NCBI GenBank assembly: GCA_002269645.1
Contig: NIVC01002689.1
Coordinates: 62,001-126,000, forward strand
Direction: 5' to 3'
DNA from: Macrostomum lignano
Lineage: Eukaryota
DNA: 64,000 bases
A program made the position numbers and the translations under genes. Numbering within the stretch: position 1 is the stretch's first letter; each line of letters starts with the position of its first letter. Shown piece by piece: positions 22,601 to 33,000 of the stretch. The notes below the pieces were generated by a model. The model saw only the letters and a program-made list of their open reading frames with translations, was not told where the DNA came from and ran no database searches.

Positions 22601-24013
22601 TGATATTCTGTCAGTCTGTAATGTCAGTGTGCTGTTTGATGTTCTGTCAGTCTGTAATGTCAGTGTGCTGTTTGATGTGCTGTCAGTCTAATGTCAGTGT
22701 GCTGTTTGATGTGCTGTCAGTCTAATGTCAGTGTGCTGTTTGATGTGCTGTCAGTCTGTGATGTCAGTGTGCTGTTTGATTTTCTGTCAGTCTGTAATTT
22801 CAGTATGCTGTTTGATGTTCTGTCAGTCTGTAATGTCTGTGTGCTGTTTGATGTTCTGTCAGTCTGTAATGTCAGTGTGCTGTTTAATGTTCTGTCAGTC
22901 TGTAATGTCAGTGTGCTGTTGGATCAGTCTGTAATGTCAGTGTGCTGTTTAATGTTCTGTCAGTCTGTAATGTCAGTGTGCTGTTTGATTTTCTGTCAGT
23001 CTGTAATGTCAGTGTGCTGTTTGATGTTATACCAGTCTGTAATGTCAGTGTGCTGTTTGATTTTCTGTCAGTCTGTAATGTCAGTGTGCTGTTTGATGTG
23101 CTGTCCGTCTAATGTCAGTGTGCTGTTTGATTTTCTGTCAGTTTGTAATGTCAGTGTACTGTTTGATGTTCTGTCAGTCTGTAATGTCAGTGTGCTGTTT
23201 GGTGTTCTGTCAGTCTGTAATGTCTGTGTGCTGTTTGATATTCTGTCAGTCTGTAATGTCAGTGTGCTGTTTGATGTTCTGTCAGTCTGTAATGCTGTTT
23301 TATTTTCTGGCATTCTGTAATGACTCAATGCTACGTAACTGAAATCCATTAAAACGCTTCTACAGGTGTCGGGCATGGGTGACCTGCTGGCTCTGTGGCC
23401 ACCCTGCAGTAGCGAAGCTCAACAGCAGCGGGTGGCAACAAATTATTTAACCCCAGCTTGGCTTGCTTGGCTCGACGCCTGCGGCAGACTGGGTCAGGCT
23501 GGTCGCGATCTAGCCGTTGCTAGGGCTATTCAGCAGCAACAGCAGGAACAATACGAAGAGTCTTCTCAGCAACAGCTGTTGCTATGGCCACCGGAGGTGT
23601 ACAATCGAGCCTACGAAATCTGTCTTTTAGAAGACGACCAAGCCAGCAGAGATTGGGACTCCGCTTGTACAATTGCCCGATTGTCTGCCGGCAGTCTCAT
23701 TGACAGTTTTCTGACTGCCTGTGAATCTGCCGAACCGGCGCCAGCTCTGCGGTCTGACACGCTGCTGTCACTGGTTGATGCAGGTCTTGCTGGCAAACTC
23801 CCAGGCTCCTGTCTGTATCCTCAGTTCGTGTCCCGGCTGCTTGCCGATCGAAGCTCGAAATCTTCGAATCGGCTGGCTCAAACTATCGAACAGTTGAGAA
23901 CGGCCGGTTGTCAACCGGAAGCCGCGTGGCTGATGATGGAGCAGCGAGGCGGAGGCTGTCATCCCGGATTGAGAACTTGGGATAATGCGGCCGCGCTGTT
24001 GAGAATGCTGTGA
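1683..24013 (+). CDS. NBAS: Neuroblastoma-amplified sequence / NBAS subunit of the NRZ tethering complex (beta-propeller + Sec39), 14 exons, about 2590 aa
   Basis: Exons 1683-2252 (start could instead be ATG 1710), 2717-3109, 3986-4522, 6715-7416, 8814-8936, 9460-9954, 13441-14720, 15558-16106, 16710-17281, 17731-18145, 18854-19473, 19681-19830, 21010-21728, 23366-24013. All introns GT-AG with matching phase; total 7773 nt. NBAS-type motifs: QWRLMSWS, YGLDTDLVYQRQW, WVLHECLHRVP, LLPHRLLILSN, QVDNALCLLELG, WEVCATHLEHLF, HPGLRTW. Confidence 0.93.
2345..2600. repeat. About 21-bp minisatellite, NBAS intron 1
   Basis: Unit AGTCTTGGGATGCTGAGTTGT; degenerate toward both edges. Confidence 0.9.
3185..3860. 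repeat. 34-bp (32-bp at the 3' end) G-rich minisatellite, NBAS intron 2
   Basis: Unit GGTTAGGGACTGTGTACATTGTAGGGTAGAGGTT, about 20 copies. Confidence 0.95.
4665..6600. repeat. 16-bp minisatellite, NBAS intron 3
   Basis: Unit AGAGAGTGATCAGGTC with ATA/TTA variants, about 120 copies. Confidence 0.97.
7490..8790. repeat. 43-bp minisatellite, NBAS intron 4
   Basis: Unit GATCCTTCAGTTGGTTGCCACTTTGCCCCTTCCCACCCTCCCT, about 30 copies; sequence drifts toward the 3' end. Confidence 0.97.
9205..9350 (-). mobile_element. tRNA-derived CORE-type (MIR-like) SINE in NBAS intron 5
   Basis: Minus strand has an A-box-like TAGCAAAGTAG and B box GGTTCGATTCC (9303-9293). Plus strand CATTTTACAGCTGGGTGAACTGAAGCAATGCAGAGTTAAGTGTCTTGCTCAAGGACAC aligns by eye with the reverse-complemented MIR/CORE consensus as I recall it. 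3' boundary uncertain. Confidence 0.7.
10045..10385. repeat. 24-bp minisatellite, NBAS intron 6
   Basis: Unit ATGATCAATAATAGGAGTGTCTCT, about 14 copies. Confidence 0.95.
10560..12680 (-). pseudogene. Fossil CMC/EnSpm-type DNA transposase in NBAS intron 6, antisense to the host gene
   Basis: Collinear fragments across frames: LFVLMFNLSRAAVEYLL, NIDGLHLYKSSSASLWPIL, ICDAPMRAFIQCIAGHTSTNGCGYC, FPCEFQRATRRLDKGLSNYKANGFRSLIRYCGP, KRYGPLGSF, FENYLGRLK. Several stops and frameshifts; termini not found. Confidence 0.8.
12857..13051. mobile_element. 195-bp MITE with perfect 18-bp TIRs (PIF/Harbinger-like termini)
   Basis: GGGCCGTATGCAGAAAGC (12857-12874) and its exact reverse complement (13034-13051). 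Internal CTAGTCTGGAC-like repeats. No clean TSD (flanks ATA / AAT). Confidence 0.7.
14740..15450. repeat. Degenerate about 27-bp tandem repeat, NBAS intron 7
   Basis: Approximate unit GGGGAATCTCTAGTTGGGATTTCCTTT. Confidence 0.85.
16200..16607. repeat. Pyrimidine-rich degenerate repeat plus (AG)n, NBAS intron 8
   Basis: CTCACCCTCTTTCTCCCC-type units followed by an AG dinucleotide run. Confidence 0.85.
18195..18700. repeat. 23-bp G-rich minisatellite, NBAS intron 10
   Basis: Unit GTGGAGGGCGGATTGAGTCTGTA; degenerate at the 3' edge. Confidence 0.92.
19885..20950. repeat. 31-bp minisatellite, NBAS intron 12
   Basis: Unit TCCTTTGATCTCTACCGCACCGATCGCTCAA with an interspersed ATAATCA variant, about 34 copies. 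Confidence 0.97.
21775..23320. repeat. 36-bp minisatellite, NBAS intron 13
   Basis: Unit TCTGTCAGTCTGTAATGTCAGTGTGCTGTTTGATGT, about 43 copies. Confidence 0.97.
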
Positions 24014-24159
24014 TTGGATTTTTTGAGATTGCATCGCTGCGCTGACTGTGCTTTCTGGTCTAACTGACTGCATGGTTATTAAATATTAATGTAAGAATTA
24101 CGTCACATCCAAATCCGTCCCTGAAAGAACCGTCCCTGAATTTTTAGAGCTGCCCCTAT

Positions 24160-24410
24160 TGATCCGCTAGTCAATGAGAATCGCCCTTGATTCGATGGCC
24201 AATGAGAATCACCCTTGATCCGCTAGCCAATGAGAATCGCCCTTGATTCGCTAGCCAATGAGAGTCCCCCTTGATCCGCTAGCCAATGAGAATTGCCCTT
24301 GATCCGCTAGCCAATGAGAATCTCCCTTGATTCGCTAGCCAATGAGAATCGCCCTTGATTCGCTAGCCAATGAGAATCGCCCTTGTTAATCTAGCCAATC
24401 AGAATCGTCC
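24160..24410. repeat. 28-bp minisatellite downstream of the NBAS stop
   Basis: Unit CCAATGAGAATCGCCCTTGATTCGCTAG, about 9 copies. Confidence 0.92.
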
Positions 24411-25044
24411 CTAATCTACAAAAAATCGTTAAATAAAAAACTAAAGATGTAAGTTTATTATAGAGTTTCCCAAATTTTTGTTTCAATTAAATCTGGTGTC
24501 GGATATTTTCTGTTGCTAATTAATTCAATGTATAATTTTTACCTGCAAAAACAGTGCTTGTCGTTGATTAAAAATTATAGAATATTAATTATGCATAGTC
24601 TTCCGTATTCTGCTTACACTAATCAATTATATTGCAATCTAATCATCTGTGCCCCCTTATTTTGAATTTTGTTTGACTTAAAATGCTTTTTGGTGTTTGT
24701 TATAATAATTGTAATTTGTTAATGTCACTGCTCATAGTGCTTATGTACATTTTATGTGATAGCTATGTTAACTATGTATGTTCATCAGTGCAGTTTAGAA
24801 CAGAATGCTATAATTACTGTACTAATAATCACCAAGGTTTCAGATGATTTCATTGTTTTTGCTAAGTACTCGTCCGTTTGGGAACTGTTGTTTTTGCTTG
24901 TATTGCAGTACTACTTTATTATTATTAGTAGTAGTAGTAGTACAGTACTGTAGGATTGTTTACCGAACTGATATAAGTCTTTAGTCGAATCTCTATCTGA
25001 CTGCTTTGATTTCTGAACTGTGTTATCCTGACACTTTAAATATT

Positions 25045-25616
25045 TTAGTCTGACTCATCAGCTATCTTAGTCTGACTAATCAGCTATCTTAGTCTGACTC
25101 ATCAGCTATCTTAGTCTGACTCATCAGCTATCTTAATCTGACTCATCAGCTATCTTAGTCTGACTCATCAGCTATCTTAATCTGACTCATCAGCTATCTT
25201 AGTCTGACTAATCAGCTATCTTAGTCTGACTCATCAGCTATCTTAATCTGACTCATCAGCTATCTTAGTCTGACTAATCAGCTATCTTAGTCTGACTCAT
25301 CAGCTATCTTAGTCTGACTCATCAGCTATCTTAATCTGACTCATCAGCTATCTTAGTCTGACTCATCAGCTATCTTAATCTGACTCATCAGCTATCTTAG
25401 TCTGACTCATCAGCTATCTTAGTCTGACTCATCAGCTATCTTAGTCTGACTCATCAGCTATCTTAATCTGACTCATCAGCTATCTTAGTCTGACTCATCA
25501 GCTATCTTAATCTGACTCATCAGCTATCTTAGTCTGACGCATCAGCTATCTTAGTCTGACTCATCAGCTATCTTAGTCTGACTCATCAGCTATCTTAGTC
25601 TGACTCATCAGCTATC
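25045..25616. repeat. 22-bp minisatellite upstream of SNRNP40
   Basis: Unit ATCAGCTATCTTAGTCTGACTC, about 26 copies. Confidence 0.97.
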
Positions 25617-25797
25617 CACACCTGAGTCAGATTCTATCGCAGTCTGACTCATTCCTTCTCAATCTGACTCATTAATTGATCTCAGTAAGACTCGTCAAAT
25701 ATCTTGATCTGTTAGGTACTACTCAATATCTGCAGGTAAAATATTGCTCATATTCTAAATATAAATATTCGTTATGATTGCTGCAGAATTAATCACC

Positions 25798-27243
25798 ATG
25801 GCATCAGCGGCCGACAATCCGATGAAGCGTCCAGCTGCCCAATCGGCGGCCTTATCTGTTGTGCCAGCCAAGCAGGCTCGCACAGCTGGCGAACTGATTC
25901 AACACGGTGGCTCGGCCAACAACAAGCGCCTGGTTTCGGCTGGCCCGTCAAGAACGTCGTCTCTGCACGCGCCGATCATGCTGCTAACTGGTCACGAAGG
26001 CGAGATCTACTGCGGCAAGTTCTCTCCGACCGGCTCCATTTTGGCTACGGCCGGCTACGAACGTAAAATTTTCCTGTGGACAGTTTATGACGAGTGCGAG
26101 AACCTTGCCGTGCTCACTGGCCACGGCGGGGCTATTCTGGAGTTGAAGTTCACCACGGATGGCGAGACTCTGGTGTCGGCGGCCAGCGACAAGACTGCCG
26201 CTTTGTGGGATCTGGAGGCCGGGCTGCGGATCAAGAGGCTTAAAGGTGCGTCTTTGCTCACCTGTGTACAATTAGAATGTCTTCGATTGACTCACGTTTC
26301 TTATCTTAATTGATCACTCACCTTTCTTATCATACGGTTTATTACCTTGCCTTTCTAATCTTTTAATAGTTAAGCTTTCTTTATCTTTAATTGACTCACC
26401 TTTATTATCATTAATTATCTCACCTTTCTTTTTTAATGATTCAATTTTATTTATCTTTAATTGACCCACCTGTCCTATCTTTAATTTGTTCGCCATTTAG
26501 TTTTATTTAATTAATTGTTTCAACTTTATTGCCTTAATTAAATCACCTCAGTTATCTTGTTTTCAAACGACCTCTGCTCCCTTCAAATATTGCCAAATGG
26601 TCATTCCGCAGGCCACGAGAAGCTGATCAACAGTGTCGACGTTGTCCGCCGCGGTCCCCAGCTGCTGTGCACCGGCAGCGACGACGGCACCATCCGGCTG
26701 TGGGATCGGCGAGTCCGCGGACACACGCACAGCTTCGATTCCGGCAACGCCGTCACCAGCGTAGCCTTCGGCGACACGGGCGAGCTGGTCTACTCTGGCG
26801 GCATTGACAACTCAATCCAGGCCTGGGATCTGCGCCGAAGCGCTTGCACTATGCGACTGAGAGGTCACAGCGACACGGTGACCGGGCTGGCGCTGAGCCC
26901 GGATGGCAACTATCTACTGTCTAACGGCATGGACGCCAGCCTGCGAGTCTGGGACATTCGGCCGTACGCGTCGCAGGATCGTTGCTTGAAAATATTGTCG
27001 GGTCATCGGCACAGCTTTGAGCAGAATCTGCTGCGCTGCGCCTGGCAACCGGACGGGCGCCGGGTCACCTGCGGCTCGTCGGATCGATTTGTGTACGTGT
27101 GGGACTGCGCTAGCCGGCAAGTTGTGTACAAACTGCCTGGCCACACCGGCTCGGTTAATGAGACTCATTTTCATCCCAAGGAGCCGATTATTATGTCTGT
27201 TGGCAGCGATAAGAAAGTCTACCTGGGCGAGATCGAACCTTGA
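25798..27243 (+). CDS. SNRNP40: U5 snRNP 40 kDa WD40 protein, 2 exons
   Basis: Exons 25798-26245 (an in-frame ATG also at 25774) and 26612-27243; phase-1 intron AAAG|gt...cag|GC. Motifs SSLHAPIMLLTGHEGEIYC, RRGPQLLCTGSDDGT, HSFEQNLLRCAW, YKLPGHTGSVNE match SNRNP40. Confidence 0.96.
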
Positions 27244-27289
27244 CAATTATGATCAGGCTTAGATAGACTCCCAGTTTTATTGGCACTTT

Positions 27290-28400
27290 GTCGACCTGTC
27301 CTGTGTCTGTTATATGCTCTGTCTTATCTCTCACCTGTCTCATCTCTCACCTGTCTTATCTCTCACCTGTCTCATCTCTCACCTGTCTTATCTCTCACCT
27401 GTCTATCTCATCTCTCACCTGTCCATCTCATCTCTCACCTGTCTGCTTCATCTCTTAGCCTTGTCTGTCTCATCTCTCACCTGTCTGTCTCATCTCTCAC
27501 CTGTCTGTCTCATCTCTCACCTGTCTTATCTCTCACCTGTCTGTCTCATCTCTCACCTGTCTGGCTCATCTCTCACCTGTCTGTCTCATCTCTCACCTGT
27601 CTGTCTCATCTCTCACCTGTCTGTCTCATCTCTCACCTGTCTTATCTCTCACCTGTCTATCTCATCTCTCACCTGTCCATCTCATCTCTCACCTGTCTGC
27701 TTCATCTCTTAGCCTTGTCTGTCTCATCTCTCACCTGTCTGGCTCATCTCTCACCTGTCTGTCTCACCTCTCACCTGTCTGTCTCATCTCTCACCTGTCT
27801 GGCTCATCTCTCACCTGTCTGGCTCATCTCTCACCTGTCTGGCTCATCTCTCACCTGTCTGTCTCATCTCTCACCTGTCTGTCTCATCTCTCACGTGTCT
27901 GTCTCATCTCTCACCTGTCTGGCTCATCTCTCACCTGTCTGGCTCATCTCTCACCTGTCTGGCTCATCTCTCACCTGTCTGGCTCATCTCTCACCTGTCT
28001 GGCTCATCTCTCACCTGTCTGGCTCATCTCTTAGCCTTGTCTGGCTCATCTCTCACCTGTCTGGCTCATCTCTCACCTGTCTGCTTCATCTCTTAGCCTT
28101 GTCTGGCTCATCTCTCACCTGTCTGCTTCATCTCTTAGCCTTGTCTGTCTCATCTTTCACCTGTCTGCTTCATCTCTTAGCCTTGTCTGGCTCATCTCTC
28201 ACCTGTCTGTCTCATCTCTCACCTGTCTGGCTCATCTCTCACCTGTCTGGCTCATCTCTCACCTGTCTGGCTCATCTCTCACCTGTCTGGCTCATCTCTC
28301 ACCTGTCTGGCTCATCTCTCACCTGTCTGGCTCATCTCTCACCTGTCTGTCTCATCTCTTATCTCTCACTTCTAATCTCTCGTGTCTGTCTGGCTCAGTC
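27290..28400. repeat. 20-bp pyrimidine-rich minisatellite just after the SNRNP40 stop
   Basis: Unit CTCATCTCTCACCTGTCTG(T/G), about 55 copies. Confidence 0.96.
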
Positions 28401-28999
28401 TCCGTCAATTACCGGTCTGATTTTCTCCTCTTGTTCATAACACTCGCCTATTATTTTGAATAATAGCTAATCCTAGCTTTTAAGCTTATTTCTTCATTCG
28501 TATAACTAATTTCCTTCTGGCACCCCTATGTTTTTTATTATTCTTTGAGAAAAATGATGGCCTATTATGCAATCGTTCCATCTTGTATTAAACTTACTTA
28601 TAAGCTGTTCGCGGTTCATAAGTATGGATACTGAGACAGTTGCAGTCAGCCTAGTAGAATACTGTTAGACAAAGCTGCTATGTTTCTAGCGTTATTATTA
28701 ATTACATAAATTTTTGTACAGCTTATTCCCTTTCATTGTCATTTATTTGTGCTTTGCTGTCCTGTCAACTATTAGTTACCTGGTGGATTACTCAACTGTT
28801 GCTGAGGCAAATCAAAAATTAATTAATACTAATTATACGCTGCCATCGTAGTTGTTAAACCTAAAATGCATCTTAGCATGCCTTTTGTATATTGATGTGA
28901 TTCACCAGTGTCATACTGTGTAATAAATGTTTTCTGCTATGATAGAGCCTTCACTGTGACTTCATTTATTTTATTGTGTATTGTTTTCTGCGATCATGG

Positions 29000-29370
29000 T
29001 TAGGGTTGGTGTTTAGGGGGTTGGTGTTTGGGGGTTGGTGTTTGGGAGTCTGGTGTTTGGGGGGTCTGGTGTTTGGGAGTCTGGTTTTTGGGGGTCTGGT
29101 GTTTGGGGGGTCTGGTGTTTGGGAGTCTGGTTTTTTGGGGGTCTGGTGTTTGGGGGGTCTGGTGTTTGGGGGGTCTGGTGTTTGGGGGGGGGTCTGGTGT
29201 TTGGGGGGGTCTGGTGTTTGGGGGTCTGGTTTTTGGGGGTCTGGTTTTTGGGGGTCTGCTGTTTGGGGGTCTGGTTTTTGGGGGGTCTGGTTTTTGGGGG
29301 TCTGGTGTTTGTGGAGCTTTTGTTTCGGGAGCTTTTGTTTGGGGGTTCGTGTTTGGGGGACTGGTTTTTA
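29000..29370. repeat. About 14-15-bp G/T-rich repeat upstream of PPCDC
   Basis: Unit GGGGTCTGGTGTTT with variable G-run length. Confidence 0.92.
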
Positions 29371-29497
29371 GAATTGGCGCTTGTGGTATGTGGCTCATAA
29401 AGGCAGTGACATCTTCAAGGCAAGGTTGTGTTAAAAAACTTTTCAGGCAAGCAACACAGAGTCTGAGCCTGTTGCAGAAGAGCGCAGTGGCTCAAAA

Positions 29498-30745
29498 ATG
29501 TCTGGAGCTGCTACTAAAAGAAAGCGGCGCGTATTGCTTGGCTGCACAGGCAGCGTGGCCTCGATCAAGGTGCCACAGATGTGCCAGGGTCTGCTAGATC
29601 GCGGGCTGGATGTTGCAGTCGTGTGCACCCAGTCTGCTGAGCACTTCCTAGCTAGAGCTGATTGCTCCATGCCCGAAGGTGTCACTCGAGTGTGGCGCGA
29701 CAGCGACGAGTGGTCCTCTTGGCAGGTTGGCAGGGCCAGGGTTGCATTCCTGATTTACCCTGTTTACATGTAGCTGTAATTTTAGCTGTGTATTAAGGCA
29801 TTGTCAGTGTCAGTGCTATACGCAATTCTTCAGGCTTCAGATCCTTCAAGAAATCTGCAAGAAAGCTTTAGGAAAACTTTCAGGTTGGGTTTTAGTCGCA
29901 CCTAAAAGACTTCAGGAAAAACCTCAGGTTTATCTTCAGTTAATCTCCCTCCACTTCAGGTAAAAGACTTCAGGTTATATTTCAATCCTTCTTACCACTC
30001 TAATACTTCGGGAACTTGATATTTAACTTCAGTCCATCCCACTACGAAAACTTCAGGATTAACTTCAGTTACTCTCTTCAGGAAAAACTTCGGGTTTAAC
30101 TTCAGTACGTGTGTCCACGAAAACTTCTGAAACTTGAGGTTTAACTTCAGTCCATCTGTCCACGGGTACTTCAGCAAAAAACTCAGGATTAACTTCAGTC
30201 CATCTGTCCACGGGTACTTCAGGAACTTGAGTCTCTCTCTTCAGAAAAAAAACTTATTGTTAGTCAGCTCAGTCTCTATAAAAGGCTTCAGGGAAAACTT
30301 CTGGTCACACTTCAGTCGCTCTCTCTTAAACAAATAACATCGTCAGGCCCGCGGCGACCCGGTGGTTCACATCGACCTGCGCAACTGGGCGGACCTGCTG
30401 CTGCTGGCACCGCTGGACGCCAACACCTTGGCCAAGCTGTCATGCGGCCTGTGCGATAACCTACTCACCTGCATAGCCAGAGCCTGGCCTGTTGGCGACA
30501 TCGGCCGTCCAATCATATTTGCACTGGCAATGAACTCTGCTATGTACCAGCATCCGCTCACCGCTAAACACGTAGCCGTATTGAAAAACACTCTGGGCTA
30601 TGTTGAAGTGCCTGTTGTGGCTAAAACATTGATGTGCGGTGAAGTTGGAGCTGGGGCAATGGCTGAACCTGACACCATTGTTGAGGCTGTGATGAAAGCG
30701 TTGAGCAGTGTTTCAGGCGGTTTGAATGGGGTCAGCTTCTTTTGA
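29498..30745 (+). CDS. PPCDC: Phosphopantothenoylcysteine decarboxylase (HFCD flavoprotein), 2 exons
   Basis: Exons 29498-29725 and 30347-30745, phase 0. Motifs VLLGCTGSVASIK, DPVVHIDLRNWAD, APLDANTLAK, CDNLLTC, AMNSAM, and substrate clamp LMCGEVGAGAMAEP with the catalytic Cys. Confidence 0.96.
29860..30320. repeat. Degenerate AACTTCAG-based repeat in the PPCDC intron
   Basis: Recurrent AACTTCAG(G/T) and a duplicated TTAACTTCAGTCCATCTGTCCACGGGTACTTCAG. Confidence 0.7.
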
Positions 30746-31764
30746 GTTCGTATTTCCTTTTTCTGGTCTTGCTTGTATCATAGACTTCCTGGTATTTTCC
30801 AGGTAATTATCTAATTTACAAGTAGTCTCTGTGATTCTGCAGTCACTCGTTCGACCAGATGAAAACGATACCAATTGGCCAAGAAGCGTCCCAGAGTCGT
30901 TGCAGGTAACACAGGTAAAACAGTAAAGAAGTGAGTCTAGACGACCCTCTCAAACAACGAGATGTCACAGTGCATGTCGCCAAAGAGTCGTCTTAGAGTC
31001 AAGTTGAAACGACTCTGAAATGACTCTCTAAGCCTTAGAGTCGCTGTGGAATCACTGAGTTGAGTCTAAAGTGCATAGGTGGCACTTTATCGCAGCTGAA
31101 TTGCATTTCGTATTTAACAACTCCATTTAGTCTAGTTGAGTTAGTAGAAAGGTAAGGCGCGCGCTAACACTAGTCCTGAACGACTTTTTCGCGACTCTTA
31201 CGATTTTGCAATTCACGCGATGTTTGAGTCGTTAATTTTGAGTCATGAGAGTCGCTAGAGTCGTTACTGAGTTGTTTACAATGACAGTTTTAGCGATTCT
31301 GGTCACGGTAATGTTTTTAACGGGCGACCCTCCACATTTGAGTCTTGAGTCTTTGAGTCACTGTTCTTTAAAAATTGACCCGGGTGAATCATTGACCCGA
31401 AATGATCAAATTAAACGTCCAAGATTTTTCTTCTCTACCGGTAAAGACACGCTTCAGAAACATTGATAACAATCCATTTTTGAGTTCTGTTTTTCACTTT
31501 CACATCTTAAGATTCCTGTTTTTATTATGTAGTGATCCCTCAAACTCAAGTTTAGTTTAACTCAAGTCACTGTGTTCTTTGTGCGATTGGCATATTTTTA
31601 TTTTGTAATTCTTTTATTAACAATAAGTTTGTGAATGGTTTTCTAGACATTCAAATGTAACGTCAATGTTTGAACTAATCAAATGCTGAAGTTCCATTGT
31701 TGCTGTTATTGAACTTGGGATTTTTTCTTAGCTGAAGCATTCACTGCAGGAATTCCGCGTAGAT

Positions 31765-33000
31765 ACCTGTTAGACAGAGTATAAAGTCACCTGTTAGATA
31801 GAGTATAGTGTCACCTGTTAGACGGGGTATAATGTCACCTGTTAGACGGGGTATAATGTCACCTGTTAGACGGGGTATAATGTCACCTGTTAGACAGGGT
31901 ATAATGTCACCTGTTAGACGGGGTATAATGTCACCTGTTAGACAGGGTATACTTTCACCTGTTAGACAGGGTATACTTTCACCTGTTAGAAAGGGTATAA
32001 TGTCACCTGTTAGACAGGGTATACTTTCACCTGTTAGACAGGGTATACTTTCACCTGTTAGAAAGGGTATAATGTCACCTGTTAGACAGGGTATACTTTC
32101 ACCTGTTAGACAGAGTATAGTGTCACCTGTTAGACAGGGTATACTTTCACCTGTTTGACTGGGTATACTTTCACCTGTTAGATAGGGTATACTTTCACCT
32201 ATTAGACAGGGTATACTTTCACCTGTTAGACGGGGTATAATGTCACCTGTTAGACAGGGTATACTTTCACCTGTTAGACAGGGTATACTTTCACCTGTTA
32301 GACAGGGTATAATGTCACCTGTTAGACAGGGTATACTTTCACCTGTTAGACTGGGTATACTTTTACCTGTTAGACTGGGTATACTTTCACCTGTTAGACT
32401 GGATATACTTTCACTTGTTAGACAGGGTATAATGTCACCTGTTAGACAGGGTATACTTTCACCTGTTAGACAGGGTATACTTTCACCTGTTAGACAGGGT
32501 ATACTTTCACCTGTTAGACAGGGTATACTTTCACCTGTTAGACTGGGTATACTTTCACCTGTTAGACTGGATATACTTTCACTTGTTAGACAGGGTATAA
32601 TGTCACCTGTTAGACAGGGTATACTTTCACCTGTTAGACAGGGTATACTTTCACCTGTTAGACAGGGTATACTTTCACCTGTTAGACAGGGTATAATGTC
32701 ACCTGTTAGACAGGGTATACTTTCACCTGTTAGACAGGGTATACTTTTACCTGTTAGACTGGGTATACTTTCACCTGTTAGACTGGATATACTTTCACTT
32801 GTTAGACAGGGTATAATGTCACCTGTTAGACAGGGTATACTTTCACCTGTTAGACAGGGTATACTTTCACCTGTTAGACAGGGTATACTTTCACCTGTTA
32901 GACAGGGTATACTTTCACCTGTTAGAGAGGGTATACTTTCACCTGTTAGACAGGGTATACTTTCACCTGTTAGACTGGATATACTTTCACTTGTTAGACG
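31765..33000. repeat. 24-bp minisatellite between the convergent PPCDC and TTC28-like genes
   Basis: Unit TCACCTGTTAGACAGGGTATACTT, about 50 copies, with higher-order blocks. Confidence 0.97.

Noticed and set aside
7490-23320. Regular 31-43-bp repeats resembling CRISPR arrays
   Set aside because: Units are head-to-tail with no unique spacers, there are no cas genes, and the context is eukaryotic introns.
2250-23370. CAGGT direct repeats at both ends of NBAS introns 1, 5, 6 and 13, suggesting Introner-like TSDs
   Set aside because: This matches the ordinary proto-splice consensus (MAG|GT); the introns share no sequence or TIRs with each other.
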